This document shows, piece by piece, positions 1 to 6,414 of a DNA stretch of 24,174 nucleotides (position 1 is its first letter; the number at the start of each line of letters is the position of its first letter). Source of the DNA: Candidatus Bipolaricaulia bacterium (GTDB taxonomy: Bacteria; Bipolaricaulota; Bipolaricaulia; JBHIAT01); contig JBHIAT010000039.1 of assembly GCA_046758705.1 (NCBI GenBank), positions 1 through 24,174 on the forward strand. The letters are read 5' to 3'. A model generated the notes under the pieces. The model was given only the letters and a program-made list of their open reading frames with translations, made no database searches and was not told where the DNA came from. The position numbers and the translations under genes are program-made.

Positions 1-47
1 AACAGTTAGGCCTCACCTAAGTCTCCGGCGCCATTCCTTGACCCTAC
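1..47 (+). mobile_element. Probable 3' end (domain VI) of a group II intron, class E-like, inserted into an attC site
   Basis: Ends ...GGCGCCATTCCTTGACCCTAC, with a terminal AC and an A 7 nt from the end (41). The layout aacag-tagg...ccta-gcgcca-tgaccctac resembles class E intron ends as I recall them. It occupies the place of the missing left arm of the attC at 48-93. Confidence 0.55.
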
Positions 48-93
48 GAGCCGACCGTCCCTTGGGCGGCGGCTCAGTTCGGTGCCGTTAGGC
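48..93 (+). other. Right part of an integron attC site (inner stem, L' and R' core GTTAGGC)
   Basis: Hairpin GAGCCG-A-CCGTCC-CTT-GGGCGG-CGGCTC followed by GTTAGGC (87-93, GTTRRRY). No RYYYAAC at the expected spacing upstream. Confidence 0.75.
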
Positions 94-126
94 AGACCCG
101 TTGATGCTAAGACGAAAGATTTTGTC

Positions 127-155
127 TTGACACCTGATACGTGTCACGTTATATT
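127..155 (+). promoter_or_regulatory. sigma70 promoter of higBA with overlapping inverted repeats (likely HigA operator)
   Basis: TTGACA(127-132)-17 bp-TATATT(150-155). Inverted repeats TGACAC/GTGTCA (128-146) and ACGTG-T-CACGT (139-149). Confidence 0.8.
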
Positions 156-160
156 ATAGT

Positions 161-439
161 ATGATCGAATCTTTCAAACACAAGGGTCTAAGAAGGTTTT
201 TTGAAAAGGGTGATAGCTCGAAGATTCAGCAAGCTCACATAAGGCGTTTGAGATTAATACTCACTCAGCTTCATGCCGCAAAAGAGATAAGAGATATGAA
301 TTTTCCAGGTTCAAACTTGCATATGCTGACCGGAGACAAAAAAGGTTTCTGGTCAGTGAGTGTGAGCGGTAATTGGCGGGTAATATTTCGGTTCGAAGAT
401 GGACATGCTTATGACGTTGATTATTTAGATTATCACTAA
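161..439 (+). CDS. higB: HigB toxin (RelE/ParE superfamily)
   Basis: MIESFKHKGL...LHMLTGDKKGFWSVSVSGNWRVIFRF...VDYLDYH is the typical HigB pattern, and the toxin lies upstream of the antitoxin. Confidence 0.95.
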   Translation: MIESFKHKGLRRFFEKGDSSKIQQAHIRRLRLILTQLHAAKEIRDMNFPGSNLHMLTGDKKGFWSVSVSGNWRVIFRFEDGHAYDVDYLDYH

Positions 440-451
440 AAAGAAAGGAAC

Positions 452-763
452 ATGAAAATGCATATGCATAAACCGGCACATCCCGGGGAGGTTTTGAAAG
501 AGTTGTATTTAGAGCCCCTTGAATTGACGGTAACGGATGCGGCCAAAGCTCTTGGTGTGACGCGTAAGACTTTGTCTGAACTAGTCAACGGCCGATCGGG
601 AGTCAGCACGTCAATGGCTTTACGACTGGCGAAGGCTTTTGGGACGACGCCGGAGTTATGGCTTAAAATGCAGCAGAATTTTGATTTGTGGACTGCCCGA
701 AAGAGAACGAAGCTTTCGGAAGTAAAGGTTCTATTTTCAGCCGATCCGTCATTGAACGGTTAA
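452..763 (+). CDS. higA: HigA antitoxin (XRE-type HTH)
   Basis: HPGEVLKE..L, AAKALGVTRKTLSELVNG, MALRLAKAFGTTPELWL..Q motifs. AAGGA RBS. Confidence 0.95.
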   Translation: MKMHMHKPAHPGEVLKELYLEPLELTVTDAAKALGVTRKTLSELVNGRSGVSTSMALRLAKAFGTTPELWLKMQQNFDLWTARKRTKLSEVKVLFSADPSLNG

Positions 764-776
764 TATTGCCCGGTCT

Positions 777-839
777 GCCTAACAACACAATGAAGCTGAC
801 CTCCGCTAACGCTGCGGCAGTTTATTTTTGACGTTAGGC
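777..839 (+). other. Complete integron attC site (63 bp)
   Basis: R'' GCCTAAC(777-783); L'' AAT[G]AAGCTG pairs with L' CAGTTTATT leaving an extrahelical G; inner stem CCGC/GCGG; R' GTTAGGC(833-839). Confidence 0.92.
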
Positions 840-895
840 GGCACAATAACACTTGCGATGCTGCCCGAAAGCGGAAAGGGAAAGTGGTACGGTCC

Positions 896-924
896 TTGTT
901 ATTCTTTCAATCGCCTTCTATAAT
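896..924 (+). promoter_or_regulatory. sigma70 promoter for the ORF at 964
   Basis: TTGTTA(896-901)-17 bp-TATAAT(919-924). Confidence 0.6.
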
Positions 925-963
925 GCAGGGTAGAGAACTATTCATCGGAAAGGATGGGCTGTC

Positions 964-1232
964 ATGGGGAAAACGACAATTTCTCTTAATCCAGGCGAAT
1001 TGGAAGATCTTATCCGCCGTATCGTGCGTGAAGAGTTGATCCGTTTGCTTCAAACCCCGCTACCTCCTATTCTTGAGGATCAGAGTCATGAAGGGCCAGA
1101 GGATCCCGGCGAAGATGAATTGCTTCTCCGAGAAGCTCTTGCCGTAATCCAAGCATACCAAGATAAACCGGATGCTTGGATGGGCTGGGAGGATTTCGAG
1201 GCAGAGCTTGATAGGGCGGAGGCAGCGGGTGA
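964..1232 (+). pseudogene. Small acidic antitoxin-like gene, 3'-truncated; the ORF reads on to 1536 through the antisense of EamA
   Basis: ELEDLIRRIVREEL at the N-terminus and WMGWEDFEAEL near the C-terminus resemble type II antitoxins. After about 1232 the sequence is the antisense strand of a membrane-protein gene. Confidence 0.5.
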
Positions 1233-1500
1233 TTGCCCCCAGGGCGATGAACAGACTGCTCAGGCCCAAAAACAACACCGCCCGCCGGTTCAACCGTGGC
1301 CACTCTCGGTATCTCCCGGTGCCCCCCAGGTAGATCCCGTGGGCGAGCGCCGCCGCCACGATCCCGATGCTCGCTGCTACAAGCGGGGAGTCGAGCTCCA
1401 GGTAGCCCTTCTTGAGCAAAATCGGGCTGATCGAGAAGCTCAGCGCCGTCAGCAGACCGTACAGAACGCCGAGCAAATCATACAACTTATCGGTTCTCAT
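1228..1500 (-). pseudogene. EamA/DMT transporter, 3'-truncated
   Basis: ATG 1500: MRTDKLYDLLGVLYGLLTALSFSISPILLKKG...LFLGLSSLFIALGAI gives about three EamA-type helices, after which the hydrophobic pattern stops. Confidence 0.7.
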
Positions 1501-1514
1501 GATTCGGTCGCCCA

Positions 1515-1688
1515 CTACCCGGTCGCGGTGAAGTAGATCCCGAGGAAGATGATGGCGGAGATGAACACACTGATTGAGGCGCCCAGGAACGCTGGGATCT
1601 GCTTCAAACCCACCCGGGCGGTGATCGTTGACAGTGCGAAGCTGACAGCGGTCACGAACGCCAGCGCCACCCCGAGCAGATTTCCCAT
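1515..1688 (-). CDS. 57-aa EamA-like two-helix membrane peptide (absent from the ORF track; possibly a gene fragment)
   Basis: Translated by hand: MGNLLGVALAFVTAVSFALSTITARVGLKQIPAFLGASISVFISAIIFLGIYFTATG*. Confidence 0.65.
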   Translation of the reverse strand: MGNLLGVALAFVTAVSFALSTITARVGLKQIPAFLGASISVFISAIIFLGIYFTATG

Positions 1689-1715
1689 AGCGTCTTTTCC
1701 CCGGTTCAGACGCGG

Positions 1716-2519
1716 TTAGAGAATATTTCGGATCGCACCGCCGTCGACTTGGATCACCGCTCCGGTGATGAAGTCTGCGGGTTCGGAGGCGAGAAATGCG
1801 ACGAGCGCGGCGAGCTCCTCTGGATTTCCCAGCCGGCCAGCCGGAATCTGGTCGGTCCATGAGCGGCGCACCGCCTCGATCGAGATCCCACCCCGATCGG
1901 CCTGAGCGTTGATCAATTGCTCCATCCGCTGGGTCGCCGTCGATCCGGGGCAGACGCAGTTGACCCGGATACCGTCCCCGGCCAGCTCCTGGGAGAGGGT
2001 CTTCGCCAACCCAAGGACCGCCGTCCGCACAGCGTTCGACAGGATCAAATTGTCGAGCGGCTGCTTGACCGTAATGGAGGTCACATGGACGATTCGGCCC
2101 CAGCCGTTGGTTTGCATGTGGGGGATCACTTGGCGGCACAGGTGCACTGCGCTCATCACCAGCAGTTGAAACGCGTGCTCCCAGTCGGCGTCATCAACGT
2201 CAAAAAACCCACCCGGGGGCGGCCCTCCGGCGTTGGTCACCAGAATGTCGACCGGACCGAACGCCTCGACGGTCCGATCCACCAGGGTGTTGATCGCATC
2301 GGCATGTGTCAGATCGGTCGGCACCGCCAGCACCTCGGCCCCGGTCGCCTCCCGGATCTCCTCGGCCGTTTGCTGCAACTGTTCCTCGCCCCGAGCGCAG
2401 ATCGTGACGTTGACACCCTCCTCGGCCAGTCGGAATGCGATCGCCCGGCCCAGCCCTTGGCTGGCTGCGGCAACGACCGCGGTCTTTCCCGCAATGCCTA
2501 AATCCATATCGTCACTCAC
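1716..2519 (-). CDS. SDR family oxidoreductase (3-oxoacyl-ACP reductase-like)
   Basis: AASQGLG Rossmann motif, LVTNAGGPP, SNAVR in place of YxxxK, IRVNCVCPG and VDGG. The start may be ATG 2507. Confidence 0.92.
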   Translation of the reverse strand: MSDDMDLGIAGKTAVVAAASQGLGRAIAFRLAEEGVNVTICARGEEQLQQTAEEIREATGAEVLAVPTDLTHADAINTLVDRTVEAFGPVDILVTNAGGPPPGGFFDVDDADWEHAFQLLVMSAVHLCRQVIPHMQTNGWGRIVHVTSITVKQPLDNLILSNAVRTAVLGLAKTLSQELAGDGIRVNCVCPGSTATQRMEQLINAQADRGGISIEAVRRSWTDQIPAGRLGNPEELAALVAFLASEPADFITGAVIQVDGGAIRNIL

Positions 2520-2573
2520 CTCGGCTTTGTGATAAGATCTATCTTACCGGTTCATCGGGCGTTGCTTCAATCT

Positions 2574-4328
2574 TCAATGTTTGACCACGCAGAACTTGAG
2601 CCCGATGATCTCCAACGGGTGGCTGTTATCGGGTGAGTGGACGATCATTCGGCCACGTTCGAAGTAGGGCAGGGCCCGCTGGTACTCAGGTGGCGCCCCG
2701 GCCTTCTCGGCCATCTTGCGCTCCATGCCGAGCAGGATCCGGTTGCTGATTTGGGAGAGTACCCCCTCGTTGATGTCCTGGGGGTTCTGGCTGATGAGGA
2801 CCAACCCCAGTCGGTTCTTGCGCCCTTGCTTGGCGGCGTTGACGAACTTCTCGGCGATGGCCTTGTCCTGTTGGGTATCGAGTGAGGTGAGGTAGTTATG
2901 CGCCTCATCGACCGCCAGGATGATCGGGTACCGGGCGATCCGTCTCCCCCATGGCCGGTCGACCGTCCGGGTCTTGGCGTCGGCGATCATCGACATCACC
3001 GTAAGCACCATCACCCGCTCGGCCGTGGCGCTCAGATGATCGGTGGGGAAGACGCTGACAATGTCCTCGTCGAACATCTCCTCGTAGAGCTCGGTGATCG
3101 GGTTGCCGCCGTCCTGATCGAAGATCCGCGCGAAATGAGGCTTGTCAACTCGGCGACGGAGCGCCTTGAACGTGGCCGGGTGGATCGTCCCCTGCTCGGC
3201 GTACCGCTCCATCAGTTCGTTATCTTGGATGAACGCCTGAAAGTCGGCGTAGCGATGATCTCCTTCGCGACCGAAAAACACCTTCACCAGCATCACCAAG
3301 GCGTCGTACTGGCTCTCGTTCAGATCACCGCCGGCGATCATGTACGGGAACTCGTCGACGAGTTCAAACGGGATCGTAAACGGTGTGTATCGGTCGGCTC
3401 CGCGGTATCGGGCCCCGTGCTCCACCGCGGCGAACACCCGCAGGGAGTTCCCGATTCCGCCAATCTTGACCCCTTGGGCGAGCAACGCTTTTCGGTCCTC
3501 CACTTCGATGAGGCCGGCCTCGCTCATCATGTGGTACTCGTTCTCGGGATCGATCACGACGATGCACGGCTTGCGCTCGACGCCGCCTCGCCGCTCCAGC
3601 CGGTAGGTGGAACCGACGATCTGTCGCAGAAAGTTCTTGGCGACGTGGGTCTTGCCCCGACCGCTCATCCCAGCGATCAGCGTATGGATGAAAATCAGCG
3701 GATCGCCGGTTCTGTCCGGATCATTGCGCAGGTAGTAAGGGACGTAAATCCCGCCGCTCACTTCGATCGTCTCGCCGTTGACGGCCACATATCCGAGGAA
3801 CAGCCCATCGTCCGGGATATCCAGGCCGGTTTTCACCTCATCCTCGCTGGCTACCCGGCGGACGATCGTGTTCGGCTTCGGAATGTAGCGGACCTCCGAG
3901 ACCTTGAGGTCATCGCCAAACATCGAGATCGGATGCAGCTTGGCGGTCTCGATGTACTCGTCCTCGCCGATGTGATCGGCGTTGACGAGTGTGTAAACCT
4001 CATTCATGTCATCGATGGCGTTCCGCTTTATATAGGCGAGACTCTCGATGCGGGCAAAGATCCTCTGTGCCTGGTAGCCAAGCGGGATGACCACATAATC
4101 CCCGATCGCTACCGCATCGCGGCGACTCTCCGGGATGTAGGCATGGATGTTCGAATCGGTGATGCTCAACGACAGTTGTTCCGGGATGACGATCCGACCG
4201 ATCTCCTCATCGACGAACTCCCGCCACTCCAGTCCCTCGATCTCACGGAGCGGGATCTTATCCGTTCCCGTCCGTTCGGTTCGCCCCACCCGGGACAACT
4301 TGCGCTCCAGTTCCAGATCATTCGCCAT
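2574..4328 (-). CDS. herA: HerA ATPase/helicase (HAS barrel plus FtsK/HerA ATPase)
   Basis: Walker A AGMSGRGKT, Walker B ILAVDEAH and KQGRK.RLGLVLISQNPQDI; N-terminal IGDYVVI barrel; context with nurA, rad50 and mre11. Confidence 0.9.
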   Translation of the reverse strand: MANDLELERKLSRVGRTERTGTDKIPLREIEGLEWREFVDEEIGRIVIPEQLSLSITDSNIHAYIPESRRDAVAIGDYVVIPLGYQAQRIFARIESLAYIKRNAIDDMNEVYTLVNADHIGEDEYIETAKLHPISMFGDDLKVSEVRYIPKPNTIVRRVASEDEVKTGLDIPDDGLFLGYVAVNGETIEVSGGIYVPYYLRNDPDRTGDPLIFIHTLIAGMSGRGKTHVAKNFLRQIVGSTYRLERRGGVERKPCIVVIDPENEYHMMSEAGLIEVEDRKALLAQGVKIGGIGNSLRVFAAVEHGARYRGADRYTPFTIPFELVDEFPYMIAGGDLNESQYDALVMLVKVFFGREGDHRYADFQAFIQDNELMERYAEQGTIHPATFKALRRRVDKPHFARIFDQDGGNPITELYEEMFDEDIVSVFPTDHLSATAERVMVLTVMSMIADAKTRTVDRPWGRRIARYPIILAVDEAHNYLTSLDTQQDKAIAEKFVNAAKQGRKNRLGLVLISQNPQDINEGVLSQISNRILLGMERKMAEKAGAPPEYQRALPYFERGRMIVHSPDNSHPLEIIGLKFCVVKH

Positions 4329-4365
4329 GGCTCACTCAGTCTCCTTTTGGTGATCGAGCCTTTAT

Positions 4366-4854
4366 CTAATCCTCGTTTCTATCCCGGTTATTGGAATCCT
4401 TCTGTCGGTACTCCATGATCGCGATCCGGGCTTTCAGCTCCACGACGATCTCGTGAAGCGTCTCAATCCGATCTTCGAGCCGTTGGATCCGGTGGTCTCG
4501 TTCCCCAATCACTCGATCGCGTTCCTCAGCGATCCCGCGCCAGTAGGCTTCAGATCCAGAAGGCCTCGTTTGCGTTGGATTGTGATCCTTTCGATTCGAT
4601 TCGTCGATGCTGGGCAAGCCCTTCGTCTCCCGCTCAATTCGCTCCACCGCGCTTTGCAGGCTCTCCCCAAGTTTTTCGTATTCCCGCAACCGTTCCAGGA
4701 TAAGGTAGCCGTCATGGGAGATTTCCCAACGATTGAAGATCCCTTTTCGGATGTCCGATCCGAGCGGATCGGCCAGCTTGTCGATGCGAGTGCGCACCTG
4801 GTTTTCGTTGAGCTCAAGCAGATCGGCCAGCTGTTTGATGGTAAACACTTTCAA
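4366..4854 (-). CDS. MerR-like HTH plus coiled-coil putative DNA-binding protein
   Basis: FTIKQLADLLELNENQVRTRI HTH; C-terminal heptads RDHRIQRLEDRIETLHEIVVELKARI; TTG start after GAAGG. Confidence 0.7.
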   Translation of the reverse strand: MKVFTIKQLADLLELNENQVRTRIDKLADPLGSDIRKGIFNRWEISHDGYLILERLREYEKLGESLQSAVERIERETKGLPSIDESNRKDHNPTQTRPSGSEAYWRGIAEERDRVIGERDHRIQRLEDRIETLHEIVVELKARIAIMEYRQKDSNNRDRNED

Positions 4855-4980
4855 AACACCTTCTCAACGCTCGTTGCGCCATTTGATCCAAGCCGGTGCC
4901 ATGATCGTAACCGATCTCAATCGATTGAGCTTCTCAGGATAACGGTTCTTAGATCATCTCGACCAATCCCACGTTGAAAT

Positions 4981-5009
4981 ATACTAACATCAATTCGGGG
5001 ACTTTGCAA
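4981..5009 (-). promoter_or_regulatory. Internal sigma70 promoter for the HTH gene and herA
   Basis: Minus strand TTGCAA(5009-5004)-17 bp-TAGTAT(4986-4981). Confidence 0.6.
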
Positions 5010-5178
5010 CTGGATGGTGCATTGCTCCGTTTCACATCGGTTTGATCGGCCGTTATGAAGGTGAAACGAAGGGCGTAGGGTTGGCACTTTCAGGTCGGTT
5101 CTGGAAATCGCCCTGTTCTGGAAAGTTCATAGGTTCTGAATCTCCTCGATGCGATCGATTGAGGGGGGCTCAGACAGG

Positions 5179-6408
5179 TCAGAGGGGTTCACCGCGGCTC
5201 TGATTGTAGAGCGTGTCGGGGAGCATCCCGGAGCTCCGGATGAGTGCCTCCCGCTCCACTTGGGTGACCCGTGCTTGGCTGTCAGCGACCCGAATCACGT
5301 TGGGGACACCCTTCCCCCGGGCGATCTCCGAAAGCACCTGCAGACGCAGCCGATCAGGGTCCTGGTTCTGGAGGATGGTGTACGGGGTTTCGACCTTGAG
5401 AACGCTCTCGACCCGGGGATCGTAGACGAAGAAGTAGCAGACGTGGTAGACGTCCGGAGCAAGTCGTTTTCGGAAGTTGCTCAACTGAGAGAACAACTCG
5501 AAGCCCTGCGCCCCGCTCACCCCCCGCGATGGATACTTGACCTGGACGAACCAACCGGTATAGCCGAGGTTGTCGGCCGGGATTTCATCGAACAGGGCCG
5601 CGATGAACTGACGATCGTTCGCCCAGGTGCTATCCTCCAGGCAGAATTTGATCAGGTATCGGGTGCTCGGCGTCTTGTTGATTCCAACGTACGGCGTGCC
5701 AAGCTCGGCATACCGCTCGGCGATCTCAACATACTGCTGTAGGATCTCGGTTCCGTGCTCCCAGGAGCCGATCCCGATGTCCCAGGCCCAGCGTGCATCG
5801 TCCACGAGATAGTAGTAGAGCCCGATCGGATAGATTCCCCCGTCGAGGAAGACGAGATCTTCCGGCCCTAAGCGGAGTCGATCGGTCATCCTCAGCAGAT
5901 GGCGTGCCTCACTGGCGGCATCGGCGAGGCCCTTGACGACCGGGTCGACCTTGCGTCTCAGGTACTCCCGAGGGATATGGATGCGCCACAGATCGACCAG
6001 ATCTCCGGTGTAGTAGGATGACAGGTCGCGATCTTCGGGATCGAAGGAGTGCGTAGCCAGGGAGACGGTCCGGAACGCCTCCAGCGGCAGGCCGTCGAAC
6101 TGGATCGTGCTGTCGCTCGACAGCACCGCCTGATTGGCACAGATGGTCATCCCGTTTCGGAAATGCATCGGACGGGTGCTCCCCCCGTCCAGGCCGTAGA
6201 CGACTCCGGACTCCGTTGCAGTCCAGCTGGCCAGTTCGAGGATCGGCGAACGAAGACACTCGGGATCGGTGTACGCGCTCACCCCGGCGGACAGGTTCAA
6301 TCGGTGGAAGCGTCGATGCGCCTCCCGGCCGTAGTCTTTGGTCCGCTTACGAATCGTTATCTCCTGAACCTGTGTCTGAAACACTTTGCGGACATCCGAT
6401 GACAGCAC
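5179..6408 (-). CDS. nurA: NurA 5'-3' nuclease
   Basis: YGLDGGS and VFLDGG catalytic Asp motifs, GINK, and C-terminal GVPNVIRVADSQARV; lies directly downstream of rad50. Confidence 0.88.
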   Translation of the reverse strand: MLSSDVRKVFQTQVQEITIRKRTKDYGREAHRRFHRLNLSAGVSAYTDPECLRSPILELASWTATESGVVYGLDGGSTRPMHFRNGMTICANQAVLSSDSTIQFDGLPLEAFRTVSLATHSFDPEDRDLSSYYTGDLVDLWRIHIPREYLRRKVDPVVKGLADAASEARHLLRMTDRLRLGPEDLVFLDGGIYPIGLYYYLVDDARWAWDIGIGSWEHGTEILQQYVEIAERYAELGTPYVGINKTPSTRYLIKFCLEDSTWANDRQFIAALFDEIPADNLGYTGWFVQVKYPSRGVSGAQGFELFSQLSNFRKRLAPDVYHVCYFFVYDPRVESVLKVETPYTILQNQDPDRLRLQVLSEIARGKGVPNVIRVADSQARVTQVEREALIRSSGMLPDTLYNQSRGEPL

Positions 6409-6414
6409 TTGAGC

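Larger units (their letters stand above)
88..833 (+). mobile_element. Integron gene cassette carrying higBA
   Basis: GTTAGGCAGACC (87-98) is the exact reverse complement of GGTCTGCCTAAC (772-783), as expected when the cassette circularises. Crossovers are at G|TT 87/88 and 833/834. The cassette is AT-rich relative to the rest of the window. Confidence 0.9.

Noticed and set aside
1060-2139. 359-aa minus-strand ORF as a single gene
   Set aside because: Only 1500 to about 1228 is EamA-like. The rest is an off-frame overlap with the SDR gene and the antisense of the antitoxin-like gene.
2898-4418. 506-aa plus-strand ORF, and similar long ORFs at 12306-13493, 16288-18309, 19758-20753 and 7081-7950
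   Set aside because: Antisense shadows of well-supported genes in high-GC DNA, with no recognisable motifs.
5028-5068. CGTTTCAC...GTGAAACG resembling parS half-sites
   Set aside because: The halves are 25 bp apart, whereas parS needs them adjacent.
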